A stretch of DNA of 64,000 nucleotides, from positions 72,205-136,204 of the forward strand of contig JAYPGZ010000001.1 in assembly GCA_038127095.1 (NCBI GenBank). Direction: 5' to 3'. The stretch comes from Candidatus Roizmanbacteria bacterium (GTDB taxonomy: Bacteria > Patescibacteriota > Microgenomatia > UBA1406 > HO2-37-13b). Position 1 is the stretch's first letter. Every line of letters starts with the position of its first letter. Below the pieces are notes generated by a model. It was not told where the DNA came from and did not search any database. It saw only the letters and a list, made by a program, of their open reading frames with translations. Below, one piece after another: positions 29,456 through 38,213 of the stretch. Position numbers and translations under genes: made by a program.

Positions 29456-32002
29456 TTAGGAAGAGAAAACTATCAGGGGACGGAAACCGGCATAGTCAAA
29501 GTGAGTGGACGCAAAGTTCCAATGGACGTTCGACAAACCACCATAAGCGGAAAAACCACCGATGAGACGGCCATCGGAACCGAATTGATCATGCATCCAT
29601 TCATATGTACTTGTTTCACCCCATTCCGGATGATCTCTATTGCCTAGTATGTTGAATTCGATCTCACGCATATTACGCGCCTGTACATGTTCCGGTAGTT
29701 CAAGTAAACGCTGGAGGGCAGGGTAGAAATGCTCATATTGTTCATTTGGGGATATCTTTGCACGGGAATTGGCAGCTGCGTTTGGGCCAATACCCTGAGC
29801 TCTCAGATCTTCGAGAATGGATGCCCATGGGTCATTGGCGTAAACCTGACTACCGTTGTAGTTTCCGTTACTATCTTGTGCGGCGTTTGGTTTTGCGGTT
29901 ATATCAACTACCGCCCAGAACCCGCCAAGTTTTGCTGCATCCTGAGCAAGTTTTTTATTCGGACCAATCTCATTCCAGAAGTATGTATCATTCGGCGTCT
30001 TTATCCATCCTGGATAATCATCATCTTTCTTAAATTCTCTTTGGGGAAAGTAAACAGGTTTAAGGTGATCTCTTATGCCAAGTTCCTCTGCTTTTGCAAG
30101 AGCATCAAGAAGTTCCTGTGGAGGAGGAGGTACTTCTATTTCCTGTCCCAGAAACTCCCTCCATTTGTATGATTCCGCTTCCCGAAGTTCATGTTCCTGT
30201 AATGAATCTGCTGTGCGTTCACTTCTTCCCTGCATTGGGTTTGAAGTAGCCTGCGTTTCGCCTGCAGCCATTTCTGACGGTAGGATATAGCCTTTTTCTT
30301 GTTCTTCAATCTCAACCTGTATTTGGGGAGATACAGCATCCCTTGTTAAACCAAATGAATGAAGCACTTCCAGCAATGTTTTTCGCTCCTCAGGAACACT
30401 GAGCGTTTTAGGGTCGTTAATGAATTCGCCTAGTTTTTTCTGCATGTACGTTGCAAAATCATCACCCCTCGCGCGGGATAATTTCCATTCACCAAAGAGT
30501 TTAAACAATGTTCCCGGATCAAGAAAATTTGTATTAAGTGTTGTTTCTGTATTGTTTTGAGGGTCAATTCCAAGTGATGTTTTCATCGCTGGAGTAAAAC
30601 CAGCGAAATCACGATTATGTATCTGCTGCATCATTTGAGCCGCTTCAGACAATCTTCTAATATAATCAGCTTCAGCTTTACTCAGCCCCAGTACTCCATT
30701 TTCTTCAATCAATGTGGCCTTGATAACATCAGCCATTTCTGCGGCCGGCATATAACTAACCTCTACTCCTGTAAGCTCCCGTAAAATCGCCGGATCCATA
30801 TCTTCCCGCTGTTTTGTTCGCTCATCTTTAGGATTACCAGTCAAGATTTCGACGAAATTATTTGTGACATCAAAAACCTGTCCATTAAATCCTGGGATTT
30901 GAATTCTATCCCCTGGCCGTGCCCCTTGCATAAATTTTGTAGCAAGCTGCGTTCTGGTTGATCCTCCCGTATATTCATCGTGTAATACTCCGACTCCTCT
31001 TTCCAAAGCCTTTGGTACAGGTCCGGTCTTCATGCCACTTTGAACTCCTCCTTCATCATCAGTCCAAAGCTCACGATATCCAAACACATCTCGAGGAGTG
31101 GTTCCTTCATGCCAATTGATAATCTCATACCCTCCCGTCAGTGAATTTAACACATACAGACCCAGCTTGGTTTTCCCTGTACCAGTTGAGCCGACAAGAA
31201 AAATTTTGTTTCCTGCAATTGCTTCACGCGACATGCGGTCAATTAATTCTAAACGGGAAGGAGTCAGCACAACACCGTTTTCTTCGAGTTGTTTTTTATA
31301 ATCTAGCATCCTTTGCGCTTCAAGATAACCCAAGGTTGAGGGAGAGGCAGTTTCAACAATGCCAGATCGCTTTGCTTTTAGTTCGTCCAGTTTTCCTTGG
31401 AAAAGACCAATTTGATCAGCAGCACTTTGTGTCAGCGTGCCATGTTGTTGAGTGCTGTCTAAATATCTTCTATAAATTGCAAGTCGTAGTTTCTCTGTTA
31501 CCCGGTCAATATCCCGTACCTCTCTCATAGGACGACGCGCTGCCTGAAAGTGGGCAAACTCCCTGTCAAATTCTGATTCAAAACGCTCGCGTACTTGCGG
31601 TTGAGATAGAAGATCAGACAACTTTAGTCCTATTACGTCCCTATGTAAAGCAGAACTCGGAGCTTCTTCGTTTGTTGCATCGGGCGTGCCATCATGCGCA
31701 TCCCATGATCTTACGTTATTAGGTAGTAATAAATTGTCAAGTTGTCTCTCCAAACTATTCAGATCATCTCCTTCCTCAAGCTGTATGTCTGGTACGACGT
31801 GATCCGGAGTACGATAATATTCCTCAAGATATCCTAACACTGAAAAGCATTTATCCTGAACATCTGCTGGAGATAATTCTGTTGAGGCAGTAGCACTTGC
31901 TTCGTTTGGTATAAACCTGCGAAAAGAAAGAGGTGCAAGACGATGGCGTGCATGTGTGATTTGTTGTACGGAAAATGCTTCTGTTCCTGTTGGTTCGGAC
32001 AT
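29456..32002 (-). CDS. DGR target: MoxR/AAA_5-type ATPase with C-terminal variable (CLec-like) domain
   Basis: Walker A GSTGTGKT, GPVPKALERG, Walker B VLHDE, TGNP, DPAILRE; TYEW...GFRP C-terminus containing VR; TATAAT just before ATG 32002. Confidence 0.9.
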   Translation of the reverse strand: MSEPTGTEAFSVQQITHARHRLAPLSFRRFIPNEASATASTELSPADVQDKCFSVLGYLEEYYRTPDHVVPDIQLEEGDDLNSLERQLDNLLLPNNVRSWDAHDGTPDATNEEAPSSALHRDVIGLKLSDLLSQPQVRERFESEFDREFAHFQAARRPMREVRDIDRVTEKLRLAIYRRYLDSTQQHGTLTQSAADQIGLFQGKLDELKAKRSGIVETASPSTLGYLEAQRMLDYKKQLEENGVVLTPSRLELIDRMSREAIAGNKIFLVGSTGTGKTKLGLYVLNSLTGGYEIINWHEGTTPRDVFGYRELWTDDEGGVQSGMKTGPVPKALERGVGVLHDEYTGGSTRTQLATKFMQGARPGDRIQIPGFNGQVFDVTNNFVEILTGNPKDERTKQREDMDPAILRELTGVEVSYMPAAEMADVIKATLIEENGVLGLSKAEADYIRRLSEAAQMMQQIHNRDFAGFTPAMKTSLGIDPQNNTETTLNTNFLDPGTLFKLFGEWKLSRARGDDFATYMQKKLGEFINDPKTLSVPEERKTLLEVLHSFGLTRDAVSPQIQVEIEEQEKGYILPSEMAAGETQATSNPMQGRSERTADSLQEHELREAESYKWREFLGQEIEVPPPPQELLDALAKAEELGIRDHLKPVYFPQREFKKDDDYPGWIKTPNDTYFWNEIGPNKKLAQDAAKLGGFWAVVDITAKPNAAQDSNGNYNGSQVYANDPWASILEDLRAQGIGPNAAANSRAKISPNEQYEHFYPALQRLLELPEHVQARNMREIEFNILGNRDHPEWGETSTYEWMHDQFGSDGRLIGGFSAYGGLSNVHWNFASTHFDYAGFRPLIVFSS
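29473..29584 (-). repeat. DGR variable repeat (VR)
   Basis: Encodes FGSDGRLIGGFSAYGGLSNVHWNFASTHFDYAGFRPL versus TR FGSDSRLIGGNSDNGGLSNVNWNNASNHNDNTGFRPL. Confidence 0.95.
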
Positions 32003-32021
32003 AATCGTATTATACAAAATT

Positions 32022-34676
32022 TTATAATTTCGATAAATGCTTCATTAGTAATTTATGTCGTACAAGCGTTGCCTGCCGAACGTCATCAATGACAACGGCA
32101 GCATCCGGATCGGCAGGGTCATGACAGACAACTTTAATATCTTGAGCAGCGCTTCCAAATCCAATACCCTGAACAATAATTCCTGCAGCTCGTAATTCTC
32201 CAATTAAAGCAACGCACTCCGCTTGGTTTGTTACATCTCCGTCTGAAACAATAGTCAAAACCTTAGAATGTCCGCCTGCCCTAATTTTCTGAACTGTCTG
32301 TGGATCAAGCGCGTCACGATATTGCTGTAATGATGCCTGTAGCCCTCGTGATGATTGGTTGTGAGCTTTTAATGTACCGTCAAGCTGTACAAGGCCTTTC
32401 TCGGATATTTCACCTGTTGATTCCTGAGCAACACTTGTCCAGTCACCAAATACAGCGACTCTTGAACGGACTGAAAGAGGGGTCGTCATATGTCTTTTAT
32501 ATCGTGAATGTCCTAACCGTTCGTTTAGATTTTTAATGTTGTATTCACTACTTAACACCATCTTTCGCTGTTCCTCAGCTGGCTGACCACTCATTGATCC
32601 CGAAATATCTAAGATAAAGTCATCTTCAAAAACAGAAACTTCAATTCGCTCTCTTTGTCTTTCATGTGATTTTTGGTACCCTGATGGATCATCCTCCTGT
32701 GAACGAACGTCAATATATGCAGTTACGGGATCGTCTAAAAATTCACCTTCACTTTGCCTGACGGGTCCTTTATATGCTGCATGGGGAATTTCTCTCCGCC
32801 TATAGAGAAGCTCAAATAAATCACGCCATTCCTGGTATAACGTACTTGGCCTATGACTAATACTTGCTTCGGCAGGAACTGGAGTCCGATTTACTCCATT
32901 TATCCATGATTCCAGTTGATTCCATTCACGCAATGACACACCTTTTTCCTGTTGGAATGCCTCAGCCGCACGTTGCTCCTGAGTTTGTGTAGGTAAAGCA
33001 GCTCCATCATCCTGCTTAGTTAGTTCTTCATACAGCAGTTCTATTTCTTCCTGACTTAATTCGGGTTGCTCAACCGTTGATTCTCCAAAATCACCATCAA
33101 GGGGTTGCGACTCCTCAGCTTGATCCGGTGATTCATCCTGCGCCTTTGGTGGAGTTGCATCCATACCACGATGAGTCCATTTTTTTGCATGAGGATCCCA
33201 TATCTCTCCCCATGCATGCTTATCCACACCTGGTGCTTCTACTACGGTAAACTCGAATCGAGGATCTTTACTATTAATATATGGCCCTGTTGCAATTCGA
33301 GAAGCAATTCCAAGTCTTTTACACAACTCGTCTCGGAAAATATTTGCCCAATAACAATGAGCAACACCTGTTTCAGCAATTTTTGTCCATATATCGTCTC
33401 CTGCGGACAAATATAACGAGTCTATCTGTCCTATTTCCGCTTCATCAGCCGGATAACGGAGTTTCTTACGAACATAGAGGACAACTTCCCGCGCTTTTTG
33501 AACATCATTCATCCAGTTTTGACCGGATAGTTCATCAAGAAATAATTGTGTTTCTGGATCTACATTTCCGCCTACTGGAGTCAAGTCATCTTCTGTGGGT
33601 GGCATGTCCAACTTATTTGATTGGGTTTTAGCTAAAACAAAGTCAAATGAAAATTGTCCTGTTGGTGCTGTTTGTACTTGTGTTTGTCTTGGGTCAAGAT
33701 ACACGATTCCTAAGTCATCACGCATAAGCTGGAATGCTCCTGGGGGATTAAGGGTTGAAGCAATAGGGAGTGTGCCATAGGGCAGTTTGATAAGAGTTTC
33801 ATCACCTGGCTGAATAGTTCCCTCATATGTCCTTCTTGTTTTCCAGATAGCTTCATCTTCGGGAACATCATCTATATCCCATGTTTGTTTGGTGCCAGCT
33901 TCTTTGACAATCTGGCGGGTAACAGGATCATAACGACAAACTTGCTCACGGTAATACCCTCCATAAAATGGCGTGACACGAACAGTGATATCCGATTCCT
34001 GCAGCGGTTCTTTGTCTCCGGCCACATCCTGTGTTTGAGATGGTCGATATTCAAATTGCTTTGATTGACCGGTCTGTCGGTCGGCAGCAGTAAGCTCATC
34101 AATAATTGGTTGAATATGAGTTGTAAAATTCTGACCGTCAAACCTTAAATATCGTCCTGAGGCAATATAATCAATTAAACTACGTCCCTTCGTGCGAGGG
34201 ATATCTGTTATTGCTTTGCGAACCGGATCTGAAACTGTATCGGGATATTTACCGGTTAGTATATATGTATCGAGTGCCCATTGGAATTCCTGAGCAAGTG
34301 TTTGATTTTGAGGAGTAATTGGCTTATCGCGAAGAATATCAGGATTACTTTCTCTCAGTCTTGCCAGTCCTTGCCATCTGAGGACTGGCTCACTTGCTTC
34401 TGGATACCTGCGGGCGGATTCTATTAAGAGGTTTGCATTAGTACGTAGAGCCTGTGTGAGTCCGATATGTCCGGCAACTTGTCGTACTATTGCAATGCGG
34501 GCCTGATCGATATTTGGAAACAATGCTGTATTAACAGAAAGTTCTGAACGATCATCAGACCAGGCAATTCGTATTCCAGTATCTCGAGTTTTTACCGCAA
34601 TACCGCCAAGTAATTCACTTGGTTCAGAAGGTGGAGCAGTAGTTTCTGTAATATCTGCAGTTGGTTGCTCTGCCAT
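32022..34676 (-). CDS. Transglutaminase-like domain plus C-terminal vWA domain protein
   Basis: Triad-like AHCYWAN / HAWGEIW / MDAT; MIDAS LDISGSMS, IVSDGD, GIIVQGIGFG. Confidence 0.85.
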   Translation of the reverse strand: MAEQPTADITETTAPPSEPSELLGGIAVKTRDTGIRIAWSDDRSELSVNTALFPNIDQARIAIVRQVAGHIGLTQALRTNANLLIESARRYPEASEPVLRWQGLARLRESNPDILRDKPITPQNQTLAQEFQWALDTYILTGKYPDTVSDPVRKAITDIPRTKGRSLIDYIASGRYLRFDGQNFTTHIQPIIDELTAADRQTGQSKQFEYRPSQTQDVAGDKEPLQESDITVRVTPFYGGYYREQVCRYDPVTRQIVKEAGTKQTWDIDDVPEDEAIWKTRRTYEGTIQPGDETLIKLPYGTLPIASTLNPPGAFQLMRDDLGIVYLDPRQTQVQTAPTGQFSFDFVLAKTQSNKLDMPPTEDDLTPVGGNVDPETQLFLDELSGQNWMNDVQKAREVVLYVRKKLRYPADEAEIGQIDSLYLSAGDDIWTKIAETGVAHCYWANIFRDELCKRLGIASRIATGPYINSKDPRFEFTVVEAPGVDKHAWGEIWDPHAKKWTHRGMDATPPKAQDESPDQAEESQPLDGDFGESTVEQPELSQEEIELLYEELTKQDDGAALPTQTQEQRAAEAFQQEKGVSLREWNQLESWINGVNRTPVPAEASISHRPSTLYQEWRDLFELLYRRREIPHAAYKGPVRQSEGEFLDDPVTAYIDVRSQEDDPSGYQKSHERQRERIEVSVFEDDFILDISGSMSGQPAEEQRKMVLSSEYNIKNLNERLGHSRYKRHMTTPLSVRSRVAVFGDWTSVAQESTGEISEKGLVQLDGTLKAHNQSSRGLQASLQQYRDALDPQTVQKIRAGGHSKVLTIVSDGDVTNQAECVALIGELRAAGIIVQGIGFGSAAQDIKVVCHDPADPDAAVVIDDVRQATLVRHKLLMKHLSKL

Positions 34677-34839
34677 ATGTTTATTATATATTGTTTAGTT
34701 CATCTTAAAAGTGTGTGATTTTTACCACCTTAAACTTAATTAATTATATTTATAGTATATAACCTTATAGTCAATGAAATTATTTGTCTTAACCTATCAC
34801 AACAATATATTATCGGATTATAACAAAACCTATATAATA

Positions 34840-34868
34840 TTGACAACGACATTTGAATAGTGTATACT
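34840..34868 (+). promoter_or_regulatory. Sigma70 promoter for transfer operon
   Basis: TTGACA-N17-TATACT, 40 bp upstream of the pilin ATG. Confidence 0.7.
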
Positions 34869-34908
34869 TCTGCATCACATTGTAAATTAGTGTGATTAAC
34901 TAAAAAAT

Positions 34909-35187
34909 ATGGGTCCAGACGGGTACAACAGCGCACAACCTCTCCAGTTTTCAAATCTCGATCAGTTACTATGGGGAATTGTTAAAACCCTTCAATACTA
35001 CTCACTTCCTGCTATGGCCATCGCAATTGCAACCTTAGGAGTATTTCTTGTCATGAGTGGCGATGACACAGACCGCAAATCAAAACTTCGTGGATGGATC
35101 ATTAACATTCTTGTTGGAGGACTTTTAGTTTTCGGAGCAGCAACCTTAGCACAGATTATTAAAACATTTGTTGGTGGAACAGCTTAA
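34909..35187 (+). CDS. TrbC/VirB2-like pilin
   Basis: 92 aa with two hydrophobic helices separated by SGDDTDRKSKLRGWI; first gene of the T4SS operon. Confidence 0.7.
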   Translation: MGPDGYNSAQPLQFSNLDQLLWGIVKTLQYYSLPAMAIAIATLGVFLVMSGDDTDRKSKLRGWIINILVGGLLVFGAATLAQIIKTFVGGTA

Positions 35188-35213
35188 CAAGCAATAAAAA
35201 ACAGCATATATGT

Positions 35214-36224
35214 ATGAAGTTTATCTATACACTTCTCATTCTTTCAATATTTCTTTTTAACACGTCTTCCGTTCTTGCCCAAAACTCTCCAACACCCACG
35301 TCAAAACCTCAAGTTCAATATACAAACGAATTTACCGTTGAAAATCAGCCCTCTGGGGTTGTGACATTGCTGCAGGATTTCATAAAAGGTTTTGATTCCT
35401 TTGTCGGAGGATTTGTCTTTTATACCCCAAATCCCCTTGATAAAACGATTACCTTACAAGATAAATCAGAAATACCCGGAGTTACTAAATACCGCGATAT
35501 GTTCTATCAGATTGCCATACCCGTACTTGCTATTATTATTGCGGCTATTGCCGTTTCAAAGCTTGGATCGGATAATACCCAAGAGCTCAAAAACTTTGCC
35601 GTACGGTTTGTCATAACCATCGTCTTATTCATCACCGTACCCCACGCCCTCTCATACAGCATACAAGCAAATAACTTACTCGTTGAGAAAATATCAACGA
35701 CACAAAAGTTCACGGGCTTTTTAGATGACTACTTTACCAAAACCCAAGAAAAGATTAATCAAGGTGAAAGCGCAGAGCAATATGGTATTCCGTCATTTGA
35801 TATATCGCTTATCGGAGGCATTTTCAAATCCTTTGGTAAATTCATCGTTCAGATATTTCTTTTTATCTTAACCTTCTTGTTTCTTCTTATGGGTTTCTTG
35901 TACTTAGGTTTCCAATTTGTTATCCGTTTTGCTGCACTTTTGTTTCTAGGTGTATTGTATCCAATCATCATTCCCTTTATGTTGTCTGAGAAAACACAGC
36001 CGATTGTACAAACATTTTTCAAATCGTGGCTCACGTTCCTGATCCAACAACCAGCCTTTGTTCTGGGCTTTGCGATTGCTACTGATATCTTTACGAGCAT
36101 TCTCCAGTCAAAAGGCCCGAGTGTAGGCATGCTTTTCTTCTATACCGGCTTCTTATTTTTCCTCGGCGGCGTGAATATCTTGGTCTCCCGCATCTTCGGG
36201 GGGCTGGACGGGCGAGACTCTTGA
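35214..36224 (+). CDS. VirB6/TrbL-like membrane protein, probably truncated at ~36203
   Basis: Signal peptide, multiple TMs, LYPIIIPFML..TQ....FFKSWL..LIQQP; ends abruptly after VSRIFGG. Confidence 0.7.
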   Translation: MKFIYTLLILSIFLFNTSSVLAQNSPTPTSKPQVQYTNEFTVENQPSGVVTLLQDFIKGFDSFVGGFVFYTPNPLDKTITLQDKSEIPGVTKYRDMFYQIAIPVLAIIIAAIAVSKLGSDNTQELKNFAVRFVITIVLFITVPHALSYSIQANNLLVEKISTTQKFTGFLDDYFTKTQEKINQGESAEQYGIPSFDISLIGGIFKSFGKFIVQIFLFILTFLFLLMGFLYLGFQFVIRFAALLFLGVLYPIIIPFMLSEKTQPIVQTFFKSWLTFLIQQPAFVLGFAIATDIFTSILQSKGPSVGMLFFYTGFLFFLGGVNILVSRIFGGLDGRDS

Positions 36225-36374
36225 TGCAGCTCTTGCCGCAGCTATCTTCATACGCACATCTGCAACTTTAGCTGCATGCTTCGCATGCACAGCCGCGAGT
36301 TCATCGTGTTGGATAGGGCCTTGAACATCCTCGTCTTGTAATTGTGGTATTGCACCTGGCTTTTCTTCCACCAT
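36204..36374 (-). other. Short ORF in apparently foreign segment, running across the junction
   Basis: ORF 36153-36374 preceded by TTGACA-N17-GAGAAT; its 3' part is antisense to the virB6-like gene. Confidence 0.4.
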
Positions 36375-36462
36375 AAACTGGGAAATGAAACTATTAAGTG
36401 CATATATTCTCTCACAATCGGAATCTCATGTCAATAGCCTTCGAGCGACAACATAGTGCCTA

Positions 36463-37017
36463 TTAACCTATCTTCGAAATCAACCGCTCAACAAGTGTTC
36501 TGAACTCTGTGCCTAGTTTCCTGAATTGACTATCGTTCTTGGCAAACGATTCCCATTGCCCGCGAGTCTCTTTGGTATAAGCCGCCGGATCGTTTTTTAA
36601 ATCCTCGTTTCCTGAAACAATTGTACTGAGCTTTTCCATTCGAATTTGTATTACACCGAACAACTCGATTGACTGCTGAACTAGTTGCCGCAAGTCATTT
36701 GCTAGTGCCTCAATTCTCGCTTTGCCAACAATGGCCTCCCTTCGATGGAAATATGCTCCAAACAGCATTTCTAAGTCTGATACAAATCGCCGGCGGATCG
36801 AGATGGACTCAGACTCCCGAGATAACAGGTCCTTCAGTTCAAAAGCAGGCAATGCCTCAAACAGCTGATTGTTAGGCTCCCATTCCAATTGTCTCGGTAG
36901 TGATTGAAGATGTTGCCGCACAAAATTATCCAAATCGTGATCAGCAATGAGATTCCAATCAGACGGCACCAGGTCGCGAATAGCCATTTGAGTAGACTTC
37001 GACTTGGCCTGTAGCAT
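36463..37017 (-). CDS. Hypothetical protein in apparently foreign segment
   Basis: 184-aa helical ORF opposite to the transfer operon. Confidence 0.55.
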   Translation of the reverse strand: MLQAKSKSTQMAIRDLVPSDWNLIADHDLDNFVRQHLQSLPRQLEWEPNNQLFEALPAFELKDLLSRESESISIRRRFVSDLEMLFGAYFHRREAIVGKARIEALANDLRQLVQQSIELFGVIQIRMEKLSTIVSGNEDLKNDPAAYTKETRGQWESFAKNDSQFRKLGTEFRTLVERLISKIG

Positions 37018-37019
37018 CC

Positions 37020-37400
37020 CAGTATGACGATAGTAAGAATGGTCTTACCTCATACTATTCAACACGCTCTGATGCGTTGCGAGATGGGGCTAGAGAAGAT
37101 GAAATTAACAAAGTCATGTTCAATGGCGACCGATTTATTGATCTTTCCACCTTTTCCAAAGACACGCCTAATCCCCATAACTTCAATGCCATGCAGGAAG
37201 CCAAGCGACAGGGAAAAGATATTGATTATGCATATGTGACCCAATCAAGCCCTCCTCAAAAGGTAAAGCAATTTTTGGCGATGTCAGGAAAGCGCAATGA
37301 TGCCTATGGCATAAAGGGTGTAGTGGTATCCCGTCAAGGAAAAGACAGTAGCGACCATATTATTCGTTTATATTCCCCCGGTCAAGGGAAGAAAAAATAA
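37020..37400 (+). pseudogene. Probable detached C-terminal part of the VirB6-like gene
   Basis: Frame open from 36996 without a good start; same frame as 35214; ends 3 bp before the next transfer gene. Confidence 0.45.
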
Positions 37401-37403
37401 CCT

Positions 37404-38213
37404 ATGAAAAGTGTGCGGATATATAAAGACAATATTCGAGAACATGTATTGCGAAGTCTATTTTTTACCGATACCGCAATTGCTATCGGCGGAGCGATTG
37501 TGATTGCTGCCGTCGTATTTGTCATATTCAAATATTTCCTGCATTTCTTTGATTGGGGATATTATGGATTGACGGTTCTTACCTGCGAAGTGTTTTTCAT
37601 TGGACTGGTTACGCAAAAGCTTGATAATCAGCCTATCTACAAGATTGTGCCACGGGGATTGAAACATTCGGTAAGCAAAAAGAATTTACGCCATGCTGAT
37701 ATTGATTCATACTTCACTGACTTTGCAATTCAAGACAATCTGATTGTCCGCAAAAACAGTATTATCTCGATGCTTGCGGTTGAGCCGTATGACATTGCAC
37801 TCCTTAATGATCAAGACCGAGAACATTTCTTTGTCAAAATCAAGCAAATGATCCATGTCTTGCCCTCAGGAGTCCAGTTTATTATCAGAAAAGAAAGAGC
37901 AACGATGGAAGAATATTCAAAGCATGTGTCTTCCTTATACAAAGATGCCAACACTAAACGAGAACCACTGATTCACAATTACTTAAAAGATCTATCAGAT
38001 CTCATCAGTAACCACTCATTTGTCACCATGCGCCACTACGCGGTGTTTTCCGTCAGTTGTGACAGCAAAAAGGCCAATGAAAAGGTAAAAGCAATCAAGA
38101 AGTTATCAGATATGAGTATTCGATTTGCCTCGGCATTGTCTGCCTGCAATATTACGGCTACACCACTTACAAACAATGAACTGTTACACGTTGCAACCAC
38201 CACCCTACGATGA
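37404..38213 (+). CDS. PrgI/VirB3-like membrane protein of the transfer operon
   Basis: Two N-terminal TMs, KLDNQP motif, ATGA overlap with the VirB4-like gene. Confidence 0.6.
   Translation: MKSVRIYKDNIREHVLRSLFFTDTAIAIGGAIVIAAVVFVIFKYFLHFFDWGYYGLTVLTCEVFFIGLVTQKLDNQPIYKIVPRGLKHSVSKKNLRHADIDSYFTDFAIQDNLIVRKNSIISMLAVEPYDIALLNDQDREHFFVKIKQMIHVLPSGVQFIIRKERATMEEYSKHVSSLYKDANTKREPLIHNYLKDLSDLISNHSFVTMRHYAVFSVSCDSKKANEKVKAIKKLSDMSIRFASALSACNITATPLTNNELLHVATTTLR

Noticed and set aside
28967-29565. Plus-strand ORFs 28967-29323 and 29323-29565
   Set aside because: Antisense shadows of TR, spacer and VR with no recognisable motifs
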